The position numbers and the translations under genes are program-made. Below, piece after piece: positions 1-7,964 of a stretch of 64,000 nt of DNA (positions are counted from its first letter, which is position 1; each line of letters starts with the position of its first letter). This stretch comes from Alphaproteobacteria bacterium. GTDB taxonomy: Bacteria > Pseudomonadota > Alphaproteobacteria > SHVV01. The stretch spans positions 64,001 to 128,000 of the forward strand of contig OZ253470.1 of the NCBI GenBank assembly GCA_965261735.1, read 5' to 3'. Under the pieces are notes generated by a model. It saw nothing but the letters and a program-made list of their open reading frames with translations. It had not been told where the DNA came from and made no database searches.

Positions 1-273
1 ACCCTCTTCGGCTACGAGAGCGACAGCCCGGAAATGACGCGCCACCGCCTCGGTCAGTCCAATCTCGTCGGACCGGCCGGGCTGATCTCGATGGAGGACG
101 GCGAGGCCGTGGAAATCGCCCACCGAGCGACCATGACGGAGCAGGACGCCGCGGCAGTCATCGAAATGGGCGGTCGCGGCCCCATTCGCCGGCACGCCCC
201 GTACAAGATCAACGAATCGGCGATCCGCGGCTTCTGGTCGCACTACGCAACGTTGATGGGGCACGAACTCTAG
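1..273 (+). CDS. Rieske aromatic ring-hydroxylating oxygenase alpha subunit, paralog 1 (3' part only, runs off window)
   Basis: Frame open from base 1 (TLFGYESDSPEMTRHRL...). Contains NLVGPAGLISMEDGEA and RGFW, shared with the two full paralogs downstream. Confidence 0.9.
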   Translation, partial: TLFGYESDSPEMTRHRLGQSNLVGPAGLISMEDGEAVEIAHRATMTEQDAAAVIEMGGRGPIRRHAPYKINESAIRGFWSHYATLMGHEL

Positions 274-359
274 CCTGCCCGGGCGCCGATTGCGCCCGCC
301 CGCCAAAGCCCATAACGTGGTTCACCGCTCGAGTGGCTGAAGCAATCCCGAGGATCGAT

Positions 360-1622
360 ATGGACGGCGCCCTGACTGTGGAGTGGCCGCGAGACGACTA
401 CTCGCGCGTCCCCTACTCGCTCTACCACGACGCCGATATCTACGCGCGGGAGATGGAGCGCATTTTTCGGGGCCCGGTGTGGCTCTTCCTGGGCCTCGAG
501 GCCGAGGTCCCGAACCCGGGCGACTTCCGCACCACCTGGCTTGGCGAGACGGCGGTCGTCTACAACCGCGACGATGACGGCCAAATCTACGCCTTCGTCA
601 ACCGCTGCGCCCACCGCGGCGCCACCGTGTGCCGCGAGCTTTATGGGAATACCTCCGACCACACCTGCATCTACCACCGCTGGTGCTATAACCGGCAGGG
701 CAACTTCATCGGCATTCCCTTCAAGCGCGGGGTCGGCGGCAAGGGTGGGCTGGCCGAGGACTTCGACCAAGGCGCCCACGGCCTCGAGAAGCTCCGCGTC
801 GAGGGCTATTGCGGCGTGCTGTTCGCGACCTTCTCGGACGACCCCGAGCCGCTGATCGACTATCTCGGTCCGACGCACGCCGACTACCTGGCTCGCGTCT
901 TTCACAGCCCGGTGCGCGTGCTCGGCTACCAGCGGCAATACGTCTACAGCAACTGGAAGTTCTATAACGAGAACCTGCGGGACCAGTACCACGGCAGCCT
1001 GCTGCACGAGTTTCTCACCACCTTCGCCATCTCGCGCGTGACCCAGGAAGGCGGCGCCAGGATGGACCCGCGTCACCGCCACAGCATCTCCTACAGCAAG
1101 CAGGGCACGGATCAGGACTCCGACGCGCGCGAGGTCTACAAGGAAGCCAAAGTGCGCGAGGGGCTGTTGCAGCTTCGTGAGCCGGCGATGGTCGACTACC
1201 ACCCGGAATATGACGACGGCATCAGCATCTCGATCTGCTCAGTGTTTCCCAACGCCTGTTTTCAGCAGATCAACAACAGCCTCGCGACGCGCCAAATCCG
1301 ACCCAAGGGGAGGGACGCGTTCGAGCTCGCCTTCACGATTTTCGGCTACGAGGACGACAGCGAGGCGATGACCCGACATCGCCTTCTGCAGTCGAACCTG
1401 GTAGGACCGGCCGGGCTCATCTCGATGGAGGACGGCGAGGCCTGCGAGCTCGCGCACCGCTCGAGCGCCAGCGACAAGGACGCCCACACGGTGATCGAGA
1501 TGGGCGGGCGCGGCGCCATTCCCGACAACGTCACCTACAAGGTCAGCGATATCCCGATCCGCGGTTTCTGGTCCTACTACGCCGAGCTCATGGGGCTCGA
1601 GCGCGACGGCGCCGTGCGCTAG
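360..1622 (+). CDS. Rieske oxygenase alpha subunit, paralog 2 (salicylate 5-hydroxylase/anthranilate/terephthalate dioxygenase-like group)
   Basis: Rieske motif CAH...CIYH; mononuclear Fe motif ENLRDQYHGSLLH; GPAGLISMEDG. ATG 360 follows GAGGA; GTG 333 is an alternative start. Confidence 0.92.
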   Translation: MDGALTVEWPRDDYSRVPYSLYHDADIYAREMERIFRGPVWLFLGLEAEVPNPGDFRTTWLGETAVVYNRDDDGQIYAFVNRCAHRGATVCRELYGNTSDHTCIYHRWCYNRQGNFIGIPFKRGVGGKGGLAEDFDQGAHGLEKLRVEGYCGVLFATFSDDPEPLIDYLGPTHADYLARVFHSPVRVLGYQRQYVYSNWKFYNENLRDQYHGSLLHEFLTTFAISRVTQEGGARMDPRHRHSISYSKQGTDQDSDAREVYKEAKVREGLLQLREPAMVDYHPEYDDGISISICSVFPNACFQQINNSLATRQIRPKGRDAFELAFTIFGYEDDSEAMTRHRLLQSNLVGPAGLISMEDGEACELAHRSSASDKDAHTVIEMGGRGAIPDNVTYKVSDIPIRGFWSYYAELMGLERDGAVR

Positions 1623-2701
1623 TGGATTGATTCCAACGTTTGGAACCCTCTGTTTCGTGCGGCGATGATATGATCGGGGTCGGCTTTCCAGATGAAGGGT
1701 TTTGGGTTTGCGTCATTGTATTCGCGGACAAATCGGTTGATGGCGTCCTGAAGGTCGACGACGGATTGGAAGACGCCGTATTTGAGCCTGCGCCGCGTTA
1801 GTTTGGCGAAGAAGCCCTCGACGGCATTGAGCCACGAGCACGAGGTTGGCGTGAAGTGGAAGGTCCAGCGTGGATGGCGGGCGAGCCAGGCGCGGACCTT
1901 GTCCTTCTTGTGCGCGGCGTAGTTGTCGAGGATGACGTGGACGGCCTTGTCCGTCGGCACCTCGCGCTCGATGCGGTTGAGGAAGCGGATGAACTCCTGA
2001 TGGCGGTGGCGCTGCATGTTCTGTGCGATGACCGTACCGTCCAGCACGTTGAGCGCGGCGAACAGCGTCGTCGTGCCATGCCGTTTGTAATCATAGGTCA
2101 TCGTACCGGCGCGGCCCTTCTTCATCGGCAAGCCGGGTTGGGTGCGGTCGAGCGCCTGGATCTGTGATTTCTCATCAACCGACAGCACCACGGCATGGGC
2201 CGGCGGATCGACATACAAGCCGACGATATCTGTGAGCTTCTCGGCGAAGGCGGGATCATTGGAGAGCTTGAAGTGCCGCCAGCGGTGCGGGCTGAGGCCA
2301 TGGGCCTTCCAGATCGCTTGGACCGTCGACGCCGCGACGCCAGCAACCTTCGCCATCGCGCGCAGCGTCCAGTGGGTCGCCTCGTGCGGCGGCGCTTGCT
2401 GGGTCAGGCGGACGATCTCGGCGACGCGCTCCGGCGGGATCGGCGCTTTGCCAGGCGGACGGGACCTGTCGCGAAGCAAGCCGTTGACACCCTCGTGCAT
2501 GAACCGCTCCTGCCAGCGCCAGACACAGGTCTTGGACTTGCCGGTCTCGGCCATGATCGACGAGTTCCCGAGCCCCTCGTCGCTCTTCAGGATGATCCGC
2601 GCCCGCCAGACATGTTTCTGCGAGCTCTTCGGGTCCGCGACGATAGCTTGCAATCGCTGACGGTCGCCAGACGTGACAGTAAAATAGATGCCGGTGCGCA
2701 T
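1619..2701 (-). CDS. IS630-family transposase
   Basis: HTH N-terminus (THWTLRAMA), SVDEKSQIQAL, YKRHGTTTLFAAL, ILDNYAAH, SWLNAVEGFF. Confidence 0.95.
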   Translation of the reverse strand: MRTGIYFTVTSGDRQRLQAIVADPKSSQKHVWRARIILKSDEGLGNSSIMAETGKSKTCVWRWQERFMHEGVNGLLRDRSRPPGKAPIPPERVAEIVRLTQQAPPHEATHWTLRAMAKVAGVAASTVQAIWKAHGLSPHRWRHFKLSNDPAFAEKLTDIVGLYVDPPAHAVVLSVDEKSQIQALDRTQPGLPMKKGRAGTMTYDYKRHGTTTLFAALNVLDGTVIAQNMQRHRHQEFIRFLNRIEREVPTDKAVHVILDNYAAHKKDKVRAWLARHPRWTFHFTPTSCSWLNAVEGFFAKLTRRRLKYGVFQSVVDLQDAINRFVREYNDANPKPFIWKADPDHIIAARNRGFQTLESIH

Positions 2702-2772
2702 AGCACAGACTCGCATGACACCGCACCATACGGAATCTCAAATCGGACTCTTTCGTTCCGATCAATCCACTA
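1620..2772 (-). mobile_element. IS630-family insertion sequence inserted in CTAG (TA duplicated)
   Basis: ctagtggattgat at 1619-1631 is the exact reverse complement of atcaatccactag at 2761-2773. Encodes a DDE transposase. Confidence 0.95.
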
Positions 2773-2786
2773 GCAAAGCGAGGCAA

Positions 2787-4052
2787 ATGATGGATGCGGC
2801 GGCTCCCATTCACTGGCCTCGCAACGACTATTCGCGAGTGCCCTACCGGCTCTATCACGACGCGGATATCTACGCGCAGGAGATGGTGCGCATCTTCCGC
2901 GGTCCCGTGTGGCTCTTCCTCGGCCTCGAGGCCGAGGTCCCCAATGCGGGCGACTTCCGCACCACCTGGCTCGGCGAGACGCCCGTCGTCTACGACCGCG
3001 ACGACGACGGCCAGGTCTACGCCTTCGTCAATCGCTGCGCCCATCGCGGCGCCACCGTGTGCCGCGAGCTCTACGGGAATAGCGCCGATCACACCTGCAT
3101 CTACCACCGCTGGTGCTACGACCGGCGGGGCAACCTCATCGGCATTCCCTTCAAGCGCGGGGTTGGCGGCAAGGGCGGGCTCAGCCCCGATTTCGACCAG
3201 GGCGCCCACGGCCTCGAGAAGCTCCGCGTCGAGAGCTATTGCGGCGTGCTGTTCGCGACCTTCGCCAACGACGTCGAGCCGTTGATCGACTATCCCGGGC
3301 CAACCCATGCCGCCCATCTCGCGCGGGTCTTCCACAGCCCGGTGCGCGTGCTCGGCTACCAGCGGCAGCGCATCCACGGCAACTGGAAGTTCTACAACGA
3401 CAACCTGCGCGACCTCTATCACGGCACTCTACTGCACGAGTTCCAGACCACCTTCGCGATCGCCCGCGTGACGCAGGAGGGCGGTGCCGGCATGGACCCG
3501 CGCCACCGCCACAACCTGTCCTGGGCCAAGGAGGGCACCGACGACGACGCGGATGCGCACGAGCAATACCAGCAGGCGAACGTCCGCGAGGGCGTGCTGA
3601 CGCTCGAGGCGCCCGATTTCGTGACCTTTCGCCCCGAGTACGCCGATGGCATCAGCATCTCGATCTGCTCGGTGTTCCCCAACGCCTGTTTCCAGCAAAT
3701 ACGCAACAGCCTGGCGACGCGTCAGATACGGCCCAAGGGGACGGACTCTTTCGAGCTCGTCTTCACGATCTTCGGGTACGCGAGCGACACGCCGGAGATG
3801 ACGCGCCACCGCCTACTGCAGGCTAATCTGGTGGGGCCGGCGGGCCTCATCTCGATGGAGGACGGCGAAGCCGTGGAAATCGCTCACCGCTCGACCCTGA
3901 CCGACCAGGGCGCCTGCAACGTGATCGAAATGGGCGGCCGCGGGAAGATCGGCGATTCGGTCGAGTTCGGTGTTACCGACGTTCCCATGCGCGGCTTCTG
4001 GTCCTACTACGCGGAATTGATGGGCTGCGAGCCGCCCGGCGCGATACGCTAG
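2787..4052 (+). CDS. Rieske oxygenase alpha subunit, paralog 3
   Basis: CAHRG...CIYH; DNLRDLYHGTLLH; GPAGLISMEDG. True start is ATG 2787/2790 after GAGG; the ORF-track extension to 2688 lies inside the IS. Confidence 0.92.
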   Translation: MMDAAAPIHWPRNDYSRVPYRLYHDADIYAQEMVRIFRGPVWLFLGLEAEVPNAGDFRTTWLGETPVVYDRDDDGQVYAFVNRCAHRGATVCRELYGNSADHTCIYHRWCYDRRGNLIGIPFKRGVGGKGGLSPDFDQGAHGLEKLRVESYCGVLFATFANDVEPLIDYPGPTHAAHLARVFHSPVRVLGYQRQRIHGNWKFYNDNLRDLYHGTLLHEFQTTFAIARVTQEGGAGMDPRHRHNLSWAKEGTDDDADAHEQYQQANVREGVLTLEAPDFVTFRPEYADGISISICSVFPNACFQQIRNSLATRQIRPKGTDSFELVFTIFGYASDTPEMTRHRLLQANLVGPAGLISMEDGEAVEIAHRSTLTDQGACNVIEMGGRGKIGDSVEFGVTDVPMRGFWSYYAELMGCEPPGAIR

Positions 4053-4101
4053 CGCCGAGGCGTTCAACCGACGAAACCAGAACGACAAGGTGGAGGTGCC
4101 G

Positions 4102-5298
4102 ATGGCCGCGCCGCGCAAGGAATATCGACTGGACGACTTGAACCCGCCGATCAGCCACTACACCGACGCGGTGCAGTGCGGCGATTTCCTGTTCATGTCG
4201 GGGGCCGGTCCGTTCGATTCCGAAATGAACCTCATCGGCGAGGGCGATGTCGTCAAGCAATGCGAGGTGACGTGCCAGAACATCGAGAAGATGTTGAACG
4301 CGGCCGGCATGACCTTCAAGGACATCGTCTACTTCAAGGTGCTGCTCGAAGACGTGAGCGATGGCGCGGCGATCAATCCGGTGCGCCAGGCGTTCTCCGG
4401 TGATTCGCGACCGGTGAGCACGCGGGTCGGCGTCGGCCACCTGGCCTGGCCGGGCATGCTCATCGAGATCGAGGCCTACGCCTACAAGCCGCAAAACGGC
4501 GGCCCACCGAAGCAGGAGATCCGGGTCGAGAGCTTGTGCGAGCCGCTGAGCCACTACACCGACGTGGTCAAGTGCGGCGACTTCGCGTTCCTTTCCGGAA
4601 CAGGGCCGATCGGGCCCGATGCGAAGGCGTTGCATTTCGGCGACCCGGTGGCGCAGGGCCGGGCGACGATGGAGAACATGCATAAGATGCTCGAGGCCGC
4701 CGGCATGGGCTTCGAGGACGTGGCCAAGGTCATCTGCTACATGGAGAACATCTACGACCGCCCCAAGATCAACGTCGCGCGCAAGGACTTCTTCGGCGAT
4801 AGCCGCCCGACCAGCACGCTGTTCGGCATCCGCCGCCTCGCCATCCCGGGCATGGGCCACGAGATCGAAGCGATCGCCTACAAGGCCAGCGGCAGCGCGC
4901 CGAAGCGGCGCGAGATTCGGGTCGAGGGTTACCGCGAGCCGATCAGCCACTACACCGACGGCGTCAAGTGCGGCGACCTCTACTTCGTCTCCGGCAGCGG
5001 CCCGTTCGATGACAACCTCAAGCTCGTCGGCGGCGACGACATGACGGCACAAGCCGTGCAGACCCACGACAACATCGAGCGTATCCTGGCGGCCGGCGGC
5101 ATGAGCTACGAGGACGTGGCCAAGGTCACCGTGTACATGGACAACACCGAGGAGCGAAAAGTGCTGGACGAGGTGCGCAAGAGGTACTTCGGCAACACGC
5201 GGCCGGCCAGCACCCTGTTCGGGGCCAACCGCCTGGCGCTGTTCGGCATGAAGCTCGAGATCGAGACCATCGCCTACAAGCCCGACTCGGGGGACTAG
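4102..5298 (+). CDS. Triple-domain Rid (YjgF/YER057c/UK114) protein with three similar tandem domains
   Basis: Three repeats P(I/L)SHYTD.V.CGD..F.SG.GP ... RP.ST ... EIEA/ET. GGAGG RBS at 4092-4096. Confidence 0.9.
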   Translation: MAAPRKEYRLDDLNPPISHYTDAVQCGDFLFMSGAGPFDSEMNLIGEGDVVKQCEVTCQNIEKMLNAAGMTFKDIVYFKVLLEDVSDGAAINPVRQAFSGDSRPVSTRVGVGHLAWPGMLIEIEAYAYKPQNGGPPKQEIRVESLCEPLSHYTDVVKCGDFAFLSGTGPIGPDAKALHFGDPVAQGRATMENMHKMLEAAGMGFEDVAKVICYMENIYDRPKINVARKDFFGDSRPTSTLFGIRRLAIPGMGHEIEAIAYKASGSAPKRREIRVEGYREPISHYTDGVKCGDLYFVSGSGPFDDNLKLVGGDDMTAQAVQTHDNIERILAAGGMSYEDVAKVTVYMDNTEERKVLDEVRKRYFGNTRPASTLFGANRLALFGMKLEIETIAYKPDSGD

Positions 5299-5738
5299 GG
5301 ATCGGGCTCCGTCGCGGCGCCGAGGTCGCCCCAGCTCGTGGCGCGCTCGATGCCGATGGCGATGACCGGGTGGCGGGCGATGTCCATGCTCATAAGCTGG
5401 TCGTAACGGTCGCGTAGCAGCGCTTGTGCGGACGCGTGCTCGGGCCCCGTCGTGAGGACATCGGCGCGGCCGCGCACCATCACCCAGCCGAGCCGCGACC
5501 AGTCGGCGTCGTCGTAGTAATCGGCGACGAGCGCGACCCGCGAGTTGACGGCGATGTTGCGCAGCCGCTTCAGCGGCCGGCCGCCTCGTTTTGGCTTGTC
5601 GTCGATCGTGATGTAGACCACGTCACCGTGAACCGCGAAGCAGACCGGCACGACGTGCGGCGCGCCCGCTTCATCGGCAGTGGCGAGATGCGCGACGCGG
5701 GCCGCATCGAGGAACCGCCGCTCAAGTTCGCTCAACAT
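5295..5738 (-). CDS. PPOX-class (split-barrel) putative F420-dependent oxidoreductase, Rv0121-like
   Basis: RVAHLATAD.G.PHVVPVCF, IDDKPK, RLRNI..N.RV, DWSRLGWVMVRG. Confidence 0.8.
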   Translation of the reverse strand: MLSELERRFLDAARVAHLATADEAGAPHVVPVCFAVHGDVVYITIDDKPKRGGRPLKRLRNIAVNSRVALVADYYDDADWSRLGWVMVRGRADVLTTGPEHASAQALLRDRYDQLMSMDIARHPVIAIGIERATSWGDLGAATEPDP

Positions 5739-5754
5739 GCGGCCCCCTTGGGCC

Positions 5755-6621
5755 TCACATACCGGCGACCGCCTCCTTGAACAGGCGGATCGCCCTCATG
5801 TGCGCGCTCGGTGAGTCGAGGCCGGCGTTCATCGTATTTAGCGACAGGGTCGTCACCCCCATCTCGGCGTAGGCGGTCGCCACTTGGACCGCCTTTTCGC
5901 TTGGCGTGTCGTGCAGCAGCAACATGCGTTCAATGCCGATGTCGGCGGGATCGCGGCCCGCCTCGCGCGCGTAGTCATGGAGCTTTGCGACCGCCGCGCG
6001 GCCCTTCTCGTCCGGCGCAAAGAAGGGAATCCAGCCGTCACCAATCCGGGCGATGCGGCGCACCACGGCATCGGCATTGCCGCCGAACCAGATCGGGATC
6101 GGCCGCTGCACGGGCAGCGGGTTGATGCCGCTATCGGTGATCTTGTGCCACTCGCCCTCGAAGTTCACGATGTCCTTGGTCCACAGGGCCCGCATGACGG
6201 CGATTTGCTCCTCGGAGCGGCGTCCGCGGTCGTGGAAGTTCTCGCCCAGCGCCTCATACTCGAAGGCGCTCCAGCCGATGCCGATGCCGAGCCGCAGGCG
6301 GCCGCCGCTCAAGACGTCGACCTCGGCCGCCTGCTTGGCCACCAGGACCGTCTGGCGCTGCGGCAGGATGAGGATCCCGGTCGCGAGCTCGATGCGGCTG
6401 GTGACCCCGGCGAGGTAGGCGAGCAGCGTGAGCACCTCGTGGAACATATGGCGGTGGGTGTAGAGCCCGTCCCAATCGGCGCGCTCGGCGTTGACGCCAG
6501 TGACGTGATCGAAGACGAGCAGGTGATCGTAGCCGAGCGCCTCGGCGGCTTGAGCGAAATCTCGAACGGCGACGGGATCGGCCCCAATCTCGGTCTGTGG
6601 GAATACGGCTCCGAAACGCAT
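5755..6621 (-). CDS. LLM-class putative F420-dependent oxidoreductase (Rv2161c-like)
   Basis: AQAAEALGYDHLLVFDHV, ILILPQRQTVLVAKQAAEVDVLSGGRLRLGIGIGW, PIPIWFGG. GAGGAG RBS. Confidence 0.85.
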   Translation of the reverse strand: MRFGAVFPQTEIGADPVAVRDFAQAAEALGYDHLLVFDHVTGVNAERADWDGLYTHRHMFHEVLTLLAYLAGVTSRIELATGILILPQRQTVLVAKQAAEVDVLSGGRLRLGIGIGWSAFEYEALGENFHDRGRRSEEQIAVMRALWTKDIVNFEGEWHKITDSGINPLPVQRPIPIWFGGNADAVVRRIARIGDGWIPFFAPDEKGRAAVAKLHDYAREAGRDPADIGIERMLLLHDTPSEKAVQVATAYAEMGVTTLSLNTMNAGLDSPSAHMRAIRLFKEAVAGM

Positions 6622-6729
6622 GGGCTCCTCCTATGGGTCGGTCTCTCCGACGATAGCACGTCCCGACACGAGGCGGCCCGGCGGGCGTTTGGGAAGATCG
6701 GGCGCCATGATAACCTCGGCCCCGAGCCC

Positions 6730-7941
6730 ATGCCGGTCAAAAACCAAGCCAAGGATATCGACAGCACCTCCCGGGAGGCGCTGATCGAGCGCGCGCGCGC
6801 CCTCGTGCCCGCTCTGCGAGAGCGAGCGCCCGAGGGCGAGCGCCTGCGCAACCTGCCGCCCGCGACGGTGGGCGATTTTCACGATGCCGGCCTGTTCCGC
6901 ATCCTCCAGCCCGCCCGCGTCGGCGGCGCCGAAATGGACTTCGGCCTGATCGTCGACATCGGCGCCGAGATCGGCCGCGGCTGCGCCTCCAGCGCCTGGG
7001 TGCTGGGCAATCTCGCGGTCCATCATTGGCAGCTCGGGCAGTGGCATGAGGCCATGCAGGACGAGGTCTGGGGCGCGGACCCCGATGCCCTGATCGGTTC
7101 GAGCTACGTCTTTCCCGCCGGGCGCGCCACCCGGATCGACGGCGGCTACCGCTTGCGCGGCAACTTCCCGTGGCCCTTCAACAGCGGCGTCGACATCAGC
7201 GAATGGAGCATCCTCGCCGCCGGGCTCGAGGGCGCGGCCGGCGAAGCGCCGGAGCCGATGCTCTTCATGGTCCACAAGTCCGAATACACCGTCCTCGACG
7301 TCTGGCACGCGTCGGGCCTCGTCGCCAGCGGCAGCAACGACTGCGTGATCGAGGAGGTGTTCCTGCCCGAGCATCGCGGGCTTCGGGTGGCCGATTGCAA
7401 GGGGGGGCCGACGCCGGGCTCGAAACGAAACCCGAGCCCGCTCTATAGGCTTCCGGCGTTCGCGACCTTCCCCTATGTCGTCGCCGCGCCGCTCTTGGGC
7501 GCCGCGCTCGGGGCCTACGAGCTATGCCGCGATTCGACGCGCGAGCGCGTCGGCACCTACACCGGTGCCCGGCTCGCCGATCTCGGGCCGGTGCAGATCA
7601 AGCTCGCCGAGGCGGCATCCTCCATAGAGGCGGCGCGGCTGCTACTGCGCTCGAATTGCGATGAGATGATGCGGCGCGCCGAGGCCGGCGAACACCCCGC
7701 CATCGAGGATCGTGCGCGCTACCGCGGCGACGGCGCCTTCGCGGCCAAGCTCGCCCTGCGCGCCGTCGATATCGCGGTCGAGCTCACCGGCGCCGCCGGC
7801 CTCTACACCAAGAACCCGATCCAGCGCCACTTCCGCGATGCCCACGCCATCAGCCATCATGTCGCCGTGGTCTGGGACATCGGCGCGCAAATCTACGGCG
7901 CGGCCACGCTTGGCCTGCCGCCGCTACTGCCGACGGTGTAG
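6730..7941 (+). CDS. Two-component flavin-dependent monooxygenase, oxygenase component (acyl-CoA dehydrogenase fold, HsaA/C2-HpaH-like)
   Basis: LVPALRERA, AGLFRILQPARVGG, CASSAWV, W..SGL..SGSND, IQRHFRDAHAISHH. Confidence 0.85.
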   Translation: MPVKNQAKDIDSTSREALIERARALVPALRERAPEGERLRNLPPATVGDFHDAGLFRILQPARVGGAEMDFGLIVDIGAEIGRGCASSAWVLGNLAVHHWQLGQWHEAMQDEVWGADPDALIGSSYVFPAGRATRIDGGYRLRGNFPWPFNSGVDISEWSILAAGLEGAAGEAPEPMLFMVHKSEYTVLDVWHASGLVASGSNDCVIEEVFLPEHRGLRVADCKGGPTPGSKRNPSPLYRLPAFATFPYVVAAPLLGAALGAYELCRDSTRERVGTYTGARLADLGPVQIKLAEAASSIEAARLLLRSNCDEMMRRAEAGEHPAIEDRARYRGDGAFAAKLALRAVDIAVELTGAAGLYTKNPIQRHFRDAHAISHHVAVVWDIGAQIYGAATLGLPPLLPTV

Positions 7942-7964
7942 CCGGATGCGAATCGGAGATCAGG

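Noticed and set aside
5295-5298. Convergent genes sharing a CTAG stop (also 59553-59556) as an IS630 footprint
   Set aside because: A 4-bp convergent overlap is common and no IS remnant is present.
5884-6729. Apparent 685-aa fusion extending the monooxygenase N-terminally
   Set aside because: The extension is the antisense of the LLM gene; family similarity starts at ATG 6730.
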